Positions 26,416 through 37,186 of a stretch of DNA of 64,000 bases are shown piece by piece. The first letter of the stretch is position 1, and each line of letters opens with the position of its first letter. Source of the stretch: a virus. Below the pieces are notes generated by a model. It saw only the letters and a program-made list of their open reading frames with translations. It was not told the origin of the DNA and made no database searches. A program made the position numbers and the translations under genes. Location: positions 32,001-96,000 of IMG/VR virus record IMGVR_UViG_3300043409_001491, one strand, 5' to 3'.

Positions 26416-28446
26416 ATGTCAGATGTTTTTTCGTTTCGCTTGCTAGAAGATTTTGTAAATAAATATAACAATGTTCCAGCACCCTTTGGTTTCTCAGATG
26501 CTGGATCTAACTCTTTGGGAGAGGTTACATTTATACGCACATACTCACGCATGAAGGAAGACGGTACAAAAGAACGTTGGCACGAAGTTTGTCGTCGTGT
26601 AATTGAGGGTATGTATTCAGTACAAAAAAACCATGCTAAAGATAATCGTCTACCATGGAATGATAACAAGGCTCAGAAATCTGCACAAGAGGCATTCCAA
26701 AGAATGTTTGAATTAAAGTGGACACCACCAGGCCGTGGTCTATGGGCATTTGGAACTCCTATGACTATGGAGAAACGTAATTCTGCTTCCCTTCAAAATT
26801 GTGCAATGGTTTCAACTCGTGACATTGATCGCAATGATCCAGGTGCTTTATTTGCTTGGGTAATGGATGCATTAATGCTGGGTATTGGGGTTGGATTTGA
26901 TACCCTTGGAAAAGACAAGCAGATGTCAATTTATGCACCTACAGAGCCAGCAATAGTTTATGAGATACCAGATACTCGTGAGGGTTGGGTTGAATCTGTT
27001 AGACTTTTAATAAATTCATACCTTCGTCAAAACCAGCCTATTCAAGAGTTTAACTATGACCTTATCCGTCCTCTAGGAGCACCCATTAAAGGCTTTGGAG
27101 GGGTTGCCAGCGGTCCAGCACCATTAATTGAACTACATATACGTATTAGAAATGTAATTGGCTCTAGAGCAGGGCAAGAATTTGATTCTCGTGCAATAGT
27201 AGACATTGTTAATCTTATTGGTACCTGTGTTGTTTCTGGAAATGTTCGTCGTTCTGCTACCCTTGCACTTGGGGCACCAGAAGATGAAGGTTTTATTAAT
27301 TTAAAAAATCCAGAAGTATTCCCAGAACGTAACTCCTATGATCCAGAAAAACCAGGATGGGCTTGGATGTCTAATAATTCTATTTCAGCAACAGTTGGAA
27401 CAAAATATGAAGACTATGTAGATTTAATTGCAGACAATGGAGAGCCAGGATTTATTTGGTTAGATGTTGCAAGAGAATACGGAAGATTAAAAGATGCACC
27501 AGATTATAAAGATTCAAGAATTATGGGATTTAATCCATGCGCTGAGCAACCCTTAGAGTCTTATGAATTATGCACACTAGTAGAAGTTCATTTAAACCGT
27601 CACGAATCTAAAGAAGATTTTTTGCGTACACTTAAGTTTGCATATCTTTACGGAAAAACCGTTACTCTTATGCCTACACACTGGCCACAAACAAATGGCA
27701 TTATGCAACGTAATCGTCGCATTGGCACATCTCTTACTGGTATTGCATCTTTTGCAGATACTAGCGGTCTTCCAGCATTGCGTGAGTGGATGGATGAGGG
27801 ATATACTAAAATTCGTCACTATGATCATAAATATTCAGAGTGGCTTTGTGTTCGTGAATCAGTTCGTGTAACTACCGTCAAACCTTCAGGATCTGTTTCT
27901 CTTCTATCAGGTGCAACTCCTGGAGTTCACTGGGGACCTGGTGGAGAATTTTATCTTCGTGCTATTCGTTTCGGTAATACCGATCCAATGATGTATTTAT
28001 TTAAAGCAGCGGGATATAAAATTGAAGACGATGTTGTATCAGCAAATACCTCAGTGGTTTATTTCCCAGTTGCATCAGGACACAAACGTTCTGAAAAGCA
28101 GGTTAGTTTATTTGAAAAAATTGGTTTGGCAGCAACAGCCCAAAAGTATTGGTCTGATAATGGCGTTTCCGTTACTCTTTCATTTGATAAAGAAGAAGAG
28201 ACAAAGTTTATTGCTCCAGCCCTAAACATGTATGAGGGTCAACTAAAGGCAGTCTCATTTCTCCCAATGGGTAACAAGACTTATCTTCAACAGCCATATA
28301 CAGAGATTACAAGAGAAGAGTACAACTCTTACGTTGGGACAATTGGCAAGATTGACTGGTCTGCAATTTATGATGGCAAAGATAATTTAGATGCAGAATC
28401 TGAGAAGTACTGCTCAACAGATGCTTGTGAGATTAAATTATATTAG
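26416..28446 (+). CDS. nrdJ: Class II (AdoCbl-dependent, monomeric RTPR-type) ribonucleotide reductase
   Basis: PPGRGLW, LQNC, GNVRRSA, NPCAE, TTVKPSG, C-terminal CSTDAC. Confidence 0.95.
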   Translation: MSDVFSFRLLEDFVNKYNNVPAPFGFSDAGSNSLGEVTFIRTYSRMKEDGTKERWHEVCRRVIEGMYSVQKNHAKDNRLPWNDNKAQKSAQEAFQRMFELKWTPPGRGLWAFGTPMTMEKRNSASLQNCAMVSTRDIDRNDPGALFAWVMDALMLGIGVGFDTLGKDKQMSIYAPTEPAIVYEIPDTREGWVESVRLLINSYLRQNQPIQEFNYDLIRPLGAPIKGFGGVASGPAPLIELHIRIRNVIGSRAGQEFDSRAIVDIVNLIGTCVVSGNVRRSATLALGAPEDEGFINLKNPEVFPERNSYDPEKPGWAWMSNNSISATVGTKYEDYVDLIADNGEPGFIWLDVAREYGRLKDAPDYKDSRIMGFNPCAEQPLESYELCTLVEVHLNRHESKEDFLRTLKFAYLYGKTVTLMPTHWPQTNGIMQRNRRIGTSLTGIASFADTSGLPALREWMDEGYTKIRHYDHKYSEWLCVRESVRVTTVKPSGSVSLLSGATPGVHWGPGGEFYLRAIRFGNTDPMMYLFKAAGYKIEDDVVSANTSVVYFPVASGHKRSEKQVSLFEKIGLAATAQKYWSDNGVSVTLSFDKEEETKFIAPALNMYEGQLKAVSFLPMGNKTYLQQPYTEITREEYNSYVGTIGKIDWSAIYDGKDNLDAESEKYCSTDACEIKLY

Positions 28447-28481
28447 GCCGTATCCTGCTATAATAAGGGGATAGGAGAACC

Positions 28482-31400
28482 ATGTCTAACCCATCCAATT
28501 TGTATGCAGAGAAGATCTTTAGTGAACACCCTCTGGTTCTTTGGGCACTAGACGATAAACTTGATTATATAAGTTTAATCTCAGAGGCACAAAGAAATAT
28601 TCTTGGTCTTTGGTCTGCAACAAATTGCACCGCTTACTCTGGCACCTCTTTTGCAGGGGAGCCATTTCCAGCCAGTTATAATACAAAGATTAGATGTACC
28701 GTACCAGTAGGACTAACAAATGAGGCAACATTAATAAGTCCTGACATTATAAATTTTCAAGATCTAGATTCAAGCCTTAAAACATTTTCTATAGGTACTC
28801 ATTTTTATTCAAATAGTCCATACCTTGAATCAGTCTCTATTGGATACGAATACACAGATACAACAACTTCTCAAATAATTCAAAATTTAAAAACATTTCA
28901 AACATCTATATTCCAGCAATGGGGTTTTGTGTCAGAAACATTTCAAATTCCAGATGAAAGTACAGGTTTAAGAATAATCATAAAACTTGTAACAACTGAT
29001 GGAGGGGCTGTTGCAGCAGACTACGAATTTTATTTAAATGGAATAACCCTTGGTCAGTGGTCTGAAGAGTTTAATGTTTCATCTTTAGGTGTTGACTCAC
29101 AGCCTTTCCCAGATGATATCACTTTAGAAACAACAAGCAGAGTTGTTCCTGCATCAGCCTATGGAATTTCATCAGACACTGGCTACTACCTTGTAAACAA
29201 TAAATCCTTGGTTGCAAAAAATACTGGCATCCCACTAGTCTTTGGTGCATCTGGAATTACAAAACTTACACCAAATAATGGTAGTCCGTCAGTTATTTTT
29301 CCTGGAAAAGGATTCTTGCATGAAGTTGGAAGATACAATAACTACACTGTTGAGTTTTGGACAAGAATAAGTTCAGAGTCCACTACGGCTAAAAAAATAT
29401 TTGGTCCAATTGGAAGTAGCGATGGCTTGTATGTAGAAGATGGATTCTTGACACTTTTAATTGGTGAAAGTTTTAATTCTCATTTTGTTTCTGAGTGGTT
29501 TAGGCCAATGTTGATACACATTGCAGTAGTAAATAACAGTGCAGTTGTTATGATAAATGGAGAGCAGGTTATTTCTTTAGATTTTAGCACTGCTTCTATG
29601 AGCCTTCCAGATGGAGTTGATGAAGATTGGGTTGGGTTCTATTCTTATGAAGATGTTACACCAATTGAGATTGATTGTTTTGCCATTTACTCTTATCGCG
29701 TTCCAGATGTTGTTGCAAAAAGAAGATGGGTATATGGTCAGGGAGTCGGATCATCAGAATCAATTGACTCTGCATATTCAGGAACCTCTGCTGCAATTGA
29801 CTATACATTTGCAGACTATACAGCCAACTATACTTATCCAAGTTTTGCACAATGGCAACAGGGAAGTTTTGATAATTTAGCAACTACAGAAAAATACTTA
29901 AAAACCCCAGACTACTCCTTGCCAACAATTTTTACTGGAACAAAAACATTACAAGACATGTACGACGAATCAGAAACACTGTTTGATAACCTTACTAGTG
30001 GAAACATAGGAACTGATTATAGGTTTATATCTTTAAATCCTAATTCGACTTGGGATAATGAAGGAGCCTATATATATTTTACAAACTTTAATGTTTTAAA
30101 TGATCAAGTCGCATCTCTCTATGGAGTTTTTGAAATAGGAAATGAAGGAAGCGGAACAGATCAAGAAGAAAAAATATTATTTAAGGTTTACAGTCAAAGT
30201 ACTGGAAACTATTTTATAGTTAAAGTTGATGGACTTGAGATTGTATACTCTTTAAATTATGGAGGAACCGAAGAAGAAATTTATCGTGTAGAGAATATTT
30301 CTTTAAATGAACCATTTCCAGCAGGGTTTAATATTGAAACACTTGTAGGAGCGTTTGGAGGAAATCTTTCAACATTCTTTGGTAATCAAAACTCTTTAAG
30401 CCTTTATGTTGGAGGCGACAATAATGGAGATAAGACATTTAATGGATACATATATTCAGTTGGATTTTCAACAAAGTCAAATTTAAATTTAATATCAGGT
30501 GTCTTTAATTCTTCTGGCGTTATAGTTAATGAAAATGATACAACATTAAGTGATATAGTAACAGCAGGGCTTTATAATCAAGATGGGGACCTAGTTGATG
30601 CTGAATTTTATAACACTGAATTTTGGGCTTACCTCTACGATGGCGGAACAGTAAAATCAAATTCTACAATTCTACTGGAGCATATGGCAAGTTATACACT
30701 CCTGCCAACATTTTCATATAACAAACTATTCTTAGATATTGGTATTGCTGGTCATTGGGAAGATTATCTGCCGTTGTCTTATTTTGGACAATATGTTGAA
30801 AATGAGGCTGGAAATTCTTTTTATGATTTAGATTTTTTACAGTTTAACTTGGGATATCCATCACCAGATACATTGCTAGAATCAACGGCACAAGGAACAA
30901 TAACTTATGAAGACTTAATGAATAGTTATAAAACACCAGTCAGTAAAACGTATGCTCAACTGCAAAATATAATCCTTACTGGATGGAATAACTATGTAGA
31001 TATGCTAGAAAATTCTTTAAAATATTATGAATACAATACCGAAAATGAATCTATTAGAAGTTATGTAACTTTCCAGTATGTGGATGAAGGTGCAAATGCT
31101 TTGTCAAGTTATTTCACAGAGACTGTTTCTCCACAAGAAAGTTCTGTTATTGATGTGTCCGATTACCCCTCTTGGCAAAGTACAAAGTTTGAAATTATTG
31201 ATAATACATTAGTTTATCCAAGAAAAGATATAGATTTCAATAAACTGGCAGTTGTTTATAGCATTGATTTTAATGTTAGTGGAATAATTAAAAAACCAGT
31301 CATTCTAAAAAAGTTAGAGATTGCCTCTCAATCACTTAATGATAACTCCTTTAATCCAATTGGAACAAGATTCGGTTCTGACCTTTTCCCATACAAGAGG

Positions 31401-32216
31401 TCTGGACTTTACTATGATTATAAATCAAAGAATCCATTTAGCATTTATAAAGGAAGCACACCTTACTTATATACAAACCGTACATCTGGAATCCAGGTTC
31501 GTGGAGATTTTGATTTAAACGAAGATCGTGGTATCTCTATGCCAGTAAATCAGTCTGTTGCAGATAACTATAGAGTAAGCGCCTTTCAATCATGGGTCAA
31601 GTATGAGCAAAGGGTTTTTCCACTAACCCCAATAGCATTATTTGAGGTTGAAAATAAAAATAATACAATTGTATTTTATGTTGTTGCAAATGACAAATTT
31701 GGTAAAAGAGGGGTTGTTTATGCAAAAAACAAAAATGATAACTCTGATTTCAATGAAATTGCATATTTTATAAATGGAAAGGCTGTTCGTGAACCAGTAT
31801 TAACAGTTAAAGAGTGGTCTGTCTTGGGAATTAATTTTACAACAGATTTAAACTTTGACTTGTTCTTAGGCTCTATAAATTTAAAGGGGCCAGCAATCTT
31901 TAATAATATCTCATATTATCAAGCAAATAATCTTCAACAGTTACAATCAAAGATTAATAGACCATGGAACAAGGTTAAGCAAGATGGTGCTATAGATTAT
32001 GATTGGTCATACTGGCTAAATAACTATACTTGGGATGGAGTCTTGTCGGTATCTTCTTCTCCTCTATATGGCGTAAACTCCCAAGATGTTTATAATAATT
32101 ACATGGGAACTAATAAGATTATCATTGATGACGAAGAAGGTATGGTATTTGATGCCGATAAGATGAGAGTATATAATGACACTACTTGGTCAGTATCAGT
32201 GGGGGCTCCAGTATGA
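28482..32216 (+). CDS. Large virion structural protein with LamG-like segment
   Basis: 1244 aa beta-rich; YTVEFW...HIAVV...INGEQV. Confidence 0.7.
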   Translation: MSNPSNLYAEKIFSEHPLVLWALDDKLDYISLISEAQRNILGLWSATNCTAYSGTSFAGEPFPASYNTKIRCTVPVGLTNEATLISPDIINFQDLDSSLKTFSIGTHFYSNSPYLESVSIGYEYTDTTTSQIIQNLKTFQTSIFQQWGFVSETFQIPDESTGLRIIIKLVTTDGGAVAADYEFYLNGITLGQWSEEFNVSSLGVDSQPFPDDITLETTSRVVPASAYGISSDTGYYLVNNKSLVAKNTGIPLVFGASGITKLTPNNGSPSVIFPGKGFLHEVGRYNNYTVEFWTRISSESTTAKKIFGPIGSSDGLYVEDGFLTLLIGESFNSHFVSEWFRPMLIHIAVVNNSAVVMINGEQVISLDFSTASMSLPDGVDEDWVGFYSYEDVTPIEIDCFAIYSYRVPDVVAKRRWVYGQGVGSSESIDSAYSGTSAAIDYTFADYTANYTYPSFAQWQQGSFDNLATTEKYLKTPDYSLPTIFTGTKTLQDMYDESETLFDNLTSGNIGTDYRFISLNPNSTWDNEGAYIYFTNFNVLNDQVASLYGVFEIGNEGSGTDQEEKILFKVYSQSTGNYFIVKVDGLEIVYSLNYGGTEEEIYRVENISLNEPFPAGFNIETLVGAFGGNLSTFFGNQNSLSLYVGGDNNGDKTFNGYIYSVGFSTKSNLNLISGVFNSSGVIVNENDTTLSDIVTAGLYNQDGDLVDAEFYNTEFWAYLYDGGTVKSNSTILLEHMASYTLLPTFSYNKLFLDIGIAGHWEDYLPLSYFGQYVENEAGNSFYDLDFLQFNLGYPSPDTLLESTAQGTITYEDLMNSYKTPVSKTYAQLQNIILTGWNNYVDMLENSLKYYEYNTENESIRSYVTFQYVDEGANALSSYFTETVSPQESSVIDVSDYPSWQSTKFEIIDNTLVYPRKDIDFNKLAVVYSIDFNVSGIIKKPVILKKLEIASQSLNDNSFNPIGTRFGSDLFPYKRSGLYYDYKSKNPFSIYKGSTPYLYTNRTSGIQVRGDFDLNEDRGISMPVNQSVADNYRVSAFQSWVKYEQRVFPLTPIALFEVENKNNTIVFYVVANDKFGKRGVVYAKNKNDNSDFNEIAYFINGKAVREPVLTVKEWSVLGINFTTDLNFDLFLGSINLKGPAIFNNISYYQANNLQQLQSKINRPWNKVKQDGAIDYDWSYWLNNYTWDGVLSVSSSPLYGVNSQDVYNNYMGTNKIIIDDEEGMVFDADKMRVYNDTTWSVSVGAPV

Positions 32217-32234
32217 TCTGGTATACTTATGGTT

Positions 32235-32633
32235 ATGGATTCTCTATTTAGCCCAAAAACTGGCAAACCAATTGTTGAAAATGTACGACGTAAGGTCATT
32301 GATAAGCATTATGACTGGGGTCTGTACGTATACAAGAAGTCAAACGGAAAGTGGTTTACTGATGGAACTGGTTCTGTATTAAACATTCCCGCTCAAAAAG
32401 GTGACATCTCAAAGATTGCAGAACTTAAAAGGGCTGCAGTATTTAATGGTGACGATGGAGAAGGCACAGCACATTTTGTTGCTGGATTAACAAGGATATC
32501 TGAAGAAGAATACTCAGAACAAAAAGACAGAATGATCCAAGGATTAATTCCAAACGTGAATGATCTAGGAGCAATTGCAGATGCACAGAAAACATTAAAA
32601 ACATATGGAAAGGATGCGTACGAAAGTGACTGA
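32235..32633 (+). CDS. Hypothetical protein upstream of portal
   Basis: ORF track; TGGTATACT promoter 7 nt upstream. Confidence 0.7.
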   Translation: MDSLFSPKTGKPIVENVRRKVIDKHYDWGLYVYKKSNGKWFTDGTGSVLNIPAQKGDISKIAELKRAAVFNGDDGEGTAHFVAGLTRISEEEYSEQKDRMIQGLIPNVNDLGAIADAQKTLKTYGKDAYESD

Positions 32634-34233
32634 TGATGATAACTTCCAGTATGTTAGGGCAAGTCTAAACACTCAAGAACAAGAGGATAGCCAGTTTAAG
32701 GGCAGCGACCCATTTAATAAAAACTGGGAAGAGTTAAAAGAATACTCTGGCCTAGATCAAAACTTTCGCCGTCGCATAGTAAGACAGATTAGCAAAGCGG
32801 TATCTCCAACAGCAGCATATCTAGACTCTGCAAATGCAGTGCCTGCTGGAGTAGACGATGCTGGATCAAAGGCTCTTAATCCTGGAACTGTATACAGAAA
32901 TGGATACGGTCTATTTGATGTAATTACACCACCATACAACATGTATGAACTAGCAAATTTTTATGACACATGTTTTTCAAACCACGCTGCAATTGATGCA
33001 AAGGTAGAAAACATTGTAGGTCTTGGTTATAGGTTTGATGTTACAGATAGAACTTCACTAAGACTAGAAACTTCAGAAGATGAGGGCGCAACTGGTAGAG
33101 CAAGAAGTAGAATTGAAAGAGCAAAGATTGAACTTCGTGATTGGCTAGAAAACCTAAACGATGATGATAGTTTTACAAAAATCATGGAAAAGGTTTATAC
33201 CGATGTTGAGGCAACAGGTAACGGGTTTATTGAAGTAGGTAGAACACTTAAGGGCGACATAGGTTACATTGGTCATATACCAGCAACAACTGTTCGTGTT
33301 CGTAGACTTAACGATGGCTACCTTCAAATTATTGGTCAGGCCGTTGTTTACTTTAGAAATTTTGGTGCAACCAATCCAAACCCAGTAACAGCAGATGGCC
33401 GTGCAAATGAGATTATTCACCTCAAGTCATACTCTCCATTAAATACTTATTATGGAATTCCAGATATTGTTTCTGCAATGCCGTCATTGATTGGTGATCA
33501 ACTAGCATCAAGATATAACATTGATTATTTTGAAAACAAGGCTGTACCACGATATATCATTACCTTAAAAGGTGCAAAACTTTCTGGAGACGCAGAAGAT
33601 AAAATGTTTAGATTTTTACAGACTGGGCTTAAGTCACAGTCTCACAGAACCCTTTATATTCCACTTCCTGGAGATACAGACCAGAACAAGGTTGAGTTTA
33701 AGATGGAGCCAATTGAAAACGGTATCCAAGAAGGATCTTTCAAGGAGTATCGTAAACAAAATCGTGACGACATTCTGATTGCTCATCAGGTTCCTATATC
33801 TAAACTTGGTGGTTCAGATTCTGGTTTGGCAGCAGCACTCTCTCAAGATCGTACATTTAAGGAGCAGGTTGCTAGACCAGCACAACATCATTTAGAGAAG
33901 GTCGTTAATAAGATTATTAAAGAAAAAACAGATGTCCTTGAACTTAAGTTTAATGAACTAACTCTTACAGATGAAATTGCTCAATCACAGATTCTTGAAA
34001 GACTTGTTAAGACTCAGATTATGATGCCAAACGAGGCTCGTCAGGCTCTTGATTTGCCACAACGTAAAGATGGAGATGAACCATTTGTAATGACTCCAAG
34101 AGAAGCAACTGATGCTAGAGCAAACGCTTCTGGCAACAGAGAAAGAGATACAGAAAGAACAAACAACAATTCTGACTCCCCAAGTACAGTTGCTGGACGC
34201 AATCCTGCGGGTGAGGGTAGATCGTCTCAGTAA
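32605..34233 (+). CDS. Portal protein (start may be 32614 or 32626)
   Basis: GNGFIEV.R, EIIH, YYGIP, YFEN.AVP, NEARQAL motifs. Confidence 0.92.
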   Translation: MERMRTKVTDDDNFQYVRASLNTQEQEDSQFKGSDPFNKNWEELKEYSGLDQNFRRRIVRQISKAVSPTAAYLDSANAVPAGVDDAGSKALNPGTVYRNGYGLFDVITPPYNMYELANFYDTCFSNHAAIDAKVENIVGLGYRFDVTDRTSLRLETSEDEGATGRARSRIERAKIELRDWLENLNDDDSFTKIMEKVYTDVEATGNGFIEVGRTLKGDIGYIGHIPATTVRVRRLNDGYLQIIGQAVVYFRNFGATNPNPVTADGRANEIIHLKSYSPLNTYYGIPDIVSAMPSLIGDQLASRYNIDYFENKAVPRYIITLKGAKLSGDAEDKMFRFLQTGLKSQSHRTLYIPLPGDTDQNKVEFKMEPIENGIQEGSFKEYRKQNRDDILIAHQVPISKLGGSDSGLAAALSQDRTFKEQVARPAQHHLEKVVNKIIKEKTDVLELKFNELTLTDEIAQSQILERLVKTQIMMPNEARQALDLPQRKDGDEPFVMTPREATDARANASGNRERDTERTNNNSDSPSTVAGRNPAGEGRSSQ

Positions 34234-34274
34234 TTGAGAAATCTAATAAAACATTTGGTATAATGGACTCTGAT

Positions 34275-35573
34275 ATGATAATAAATAAGGCAAACTGGAC
34301 AACAGACAAGGATAGCCTACGTCTGTCAATGCCTATTGGCAAGGTAGACGTAGAACGCCGTATGGTTTCTGGTTTTGCATCTTTGGATAATATTGACAAG
34401 CAAGATGACATTGTTACAGCAGAAGCAAGTGTTCAGGCATTTAAAAATTTCAAGGGTAACCTAAGAGAAATGCATCAGCCATCAGCAGTAGGAAAGATGA
34501 TCTCATTTAAAGAAGATCGCTATTTTGACCCAAATTCAAAAAAGTTTTATAACGGAGTTTATGTCTCTGCTTATGTTTCAAAGGGTGCACAAAATGCCTG
34601 GGAGAAAGTCCTAGATGGCACATACACTGGTTTTTCTATTGGTGGCAATATCAAGGTTTGGGATGATGCATATAATGCAGACTTAGACAAGTCAATTCGC
34701 ATTATTAAAGATTATGACCTTTATGAATTGTCATTAGTTGATAGCCCAGCAAATCAATTTGCAAGCATCATATCTGTTGAAAAAGTAAATGGTCAGAGTG
34801 TTGTAACTGGAACATCCGCAGACACTGTTATTGAAAATGTTTTTTACGATTCCGAAAACGGTATTGTATTAGTTTCTGACTCAGAAACAGAAGCAAGCCC
34901 AGTCAGTGGTAAGAACATGGAAAACATTGGTTTCGTAGAAAAGAATGATGAAGAAAAAGCAAACATGATAAAGTTCTTAGTTGATAGTGCTAAAGGCATT
35001 AGTACAATTAAGATTACCAAGGAGGTAAATAAAATGACAGAAGCAACAGAAGCAGCAGTAGATGCTGTAGTTGAAAATGTTGAAATTACTCCAGAGGCAC
35101 AGCCAGCAGAAGTAGAAACTCCTGCAGTCGTTGAAGCAGCAGCAACAGATACTGTTGTTGAAAAGTCAGACGATGGTGGTGCAGTTCCTTCTGCTCCAGT
35201 AGTAGAAGAAGAGAGCGTTGCTCCAGCAGTTGAAGCCGAACTTGCTGTAGCAAAGTCAGATGAATCAGTTGCAGATGCAGTTGCTGAAATCAAGAACTCT
35301 CTTACTAATGCCTTTGGCGATCTCGCTACAACCATTAAGTCTCTTAATGAGCAGGTTGCAGCACTTAGCAAGTCCGTTGAAACTGTGTCTACAGAAGTAA
35401 CACAGGTCAAGGGTCAGTTCAATGAGTTTGGAAAGAGAGTAGATGCCGTAGAGCAAGATACCGCTTTCCGCAAGTCTGGCGATCTAGGCGAGATCGTGCA
35501 GTTTGAGCCTGTAAAGGTTCAGAAATCCCTATGGGGCGGACGTTTCCTCAAAAATTCCGACCTATTTAATTAA
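34275..35573 (+). CDS. Prohead protease fused to scaffold
   Basis: REMH, TGFSIGG, ELSLVDSPAN; acidic Ala/Glu-rich coiled-coil C-terminus. Confidence 0.92.
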   Translation: MIINKANWTTDKDSLRLSMPIGKVDVERRMVSGFASLDNIDKQDDIVTAEASVQAFKNFKGNLREMHQPSAVGKMISFKEDRYFDPNSKKFYNGVYVSAYVSKGAQNAWEKVLDGTYTGFSIGGNIKVWDDAYNADLDKSIRIIKDYDLYELSLVDSPANQFASIISVEKVNGQSVVTGTSADTVIENVFYDSENGIVLVSDSETEASPVSGKNMENIGFVEKNDEEKANMIKFLVDSAKGISTIKITKEVNKMTEATEAAVDAVVENVEITPEAQPAEVETPAVVEAAATDTVVEKSDDGGAVPSAPVVEEESVAPAVEAELAVAKSDESVADAVAEIKNSLTNAFGDLATTIKSLNEQVAALSKSVETVSTEVTQVKGQFNEFGKRVDAVEQDTAFRKSGDLGEIVQFEPVKVQKSLWGGRFLKNSDLFN

Positions 35574-35599
35574 CAATATATTCACTAGGAGGTGAAATA

Positions 35600-36766
35600 A
35601 TGTCAGAACAAGATAAAGATATAGCCAAGAACTATCCAGGTTCAGGTGGCTCAGGAGCAGAACTTAACTCCCAGGGCTCACTCGTATCAGGTGGTGTTGG
35701 TAGTGCTACAGGTCTAGACTCAGCAGCAGCGTCTGTTGGATCACAACTTGGTAACACAGCAACAGCAAACTTTGGTGTAACAACTGGAGCAAATGCTGTA
35801 AACCCAACTGGGGCAGCAGGTGGTATTCTTGCACCAGAACAGGCTCGTCGCTTCATCGACTACGTGTGGGATGCAACAGTACTCGCCAAAGATGGTCGTA
35901 AAGTTACAATGAGAGCAAACACAATGGAAATCGAAAAGGTTAACGTTGGAGAGCGTGTCATTCGTGCAGCAGCGCAGGGTAGTCCAAACTACACAAACGC
36001 TGGTGCAACATTTACAAAGGTAGAACTTACTACAAAGAAGATTCGTCTTGATTGGGAAGTTTCTACAGAATCATTAGAAGACAATATTGAAGGTGGAGCA
36101 CTTGAAGATCATCTAGTTCGCTTGATGACAAATGCATTCGCAAACGATATTGAAGACCTTGCCATTAATGGTGATGGTGCTACAGGTGATTTCCTTTCAA
36201 TCATGAACGGTTTCGTAAAGCAGACTACAGATTCTGTATACACAGGTGGACAGTATGTAAACGATGCTCATGAGTCAGTTGTTACTGTAACAAGTGATGC
36301 TTGGACACCAACGGTAATGCAGAATATTATTCTTGCAATGCCACGTAAGTATCGTGCAGTTAAGTCGAACCTAAAGTTCTACGCTGGTACAGATGCTTTC
36401 CAGGGTATCGTTGCAAACAACGGTACACTTGGCGACGCAATTGCAGAAGCATTTGCTGGTCGTCCAGCAGGTACACCTGCAAACCGTCAAGACTACCTTG
36501 ATGGAAACGCACAGACAATTGGTAATGCACGTACAACTCGTGTATTAGGAATTGATGTAATGGAAGTTCCTTACTACCCAGATGGTTTCGTCGACTTGAC
36601 ATTCCCATCAAACCGTGTATGGGGATTCCAGCGTGATATTACTGTAAACCGTGAATACAAGCCAAAGAAGGATACAATTGAATACACAGTATTCGTCCGC
36701 TTTGGTATTCAATGGGAAGAACTAGATGCAGTTGCTTATGCAGATGCAAACTCTACTTCTGAGTAA
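35600..36766 (+). CDS. Major capsid protein (HK97 fold)
   Basis: GGILAPEQARRFID, ESLEDNIEG, LAINGD; strong RBS; position. Confidence 0.93.
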   Translation: MSEQDKDIAKNYPGSGGSGAELNSQGSLVSGGVGSATGLDSAAASVGSQLGNTATANFGVTTGANAVNPTGAAGGILAPEQARRFIDYVWDATVLAKDGRKVTMRANTMEIEKVNVGERVIRAAAQGSPNYTNAGATFTKVELTTKKIRLDWEVSTESLEDNIEGGALEDHLVRLMTNAFANDIEDLAINGDGATGDFLSIMNGFVKQTTDSVYTGGQYVNDAHESVVTVTSDAWTPTVMQNIILAMPRKYRAVKSNLKFYAGTDAFQGIVANNGTLGDAIAEAFAGRPAGTPANRQDYLDGNAQTIGNARTTRVLGIDVMEVPYYPDGFVDLTFPSNRVWGFQRDITVNREYKPKKDTIEYTVFVRFGIQWEELDAVAYADANSTSE

Positions 36767-36786
36767 TACTCATAACTAGTTGATTT

Positions 36787-36819
36787 GGGGGGGCGGTGTA
36801 ACAACTGCCCCCCTTCTTC
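36787..36819 (+). terminator. Terminator after capsid gene
   Basis: GGGGGGCGGT/ACTGCCCCCC stem followed by TTCTT. Confidence 0.75.
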
Positions 36820-36847
36820 ACATTCTGGTATAATAACTTAGGAGGAT

Positions 36848-37186
36848 ATGATGATTACAATTGAGGAATTAGTTACAAAAACAGTTTTTGAGTTAAAGTC
36901 CTATGCCAAAAAGAATAATATTAATCTAGATGGGGCAACAACAAAAATACAGATATTGGAAACAATAGGAAGTTTTATTCCAGATCCCAACAAAGAGGTT
37001 ATTGAGCCAAGCAAAACAAATGAGAAAATTGCAATACATTCAAGTAAAAGTATGCATTGGGTAAAGGTTGGCCAACTAACCCCAGGTTATAATATTGTAA
37101 CCAAAGAAGCATCAGAAAAATGGCTAACACGTAAGCAGGTCCGCCTTGCGACACCTGAAGAATTAGCGAATTATTACGGTAAATAA
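36848..37186 (+). CDS. Hypothetical protein with Rho-N/HeH-like N-terminus
   Basis: KTVFELKSYAKKNNI...TKIQILE. Confidence 0.65.
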   Translation: MMITIEELVTKTVFELKSYAKKNNINLDGATTKIQILETIGSFIPDPNKEVIEPSKTNEKIAIHSSKSMHWVKVGQLTPGYNIVTKEASEKWLTRKQVRLATPEELANYYGK

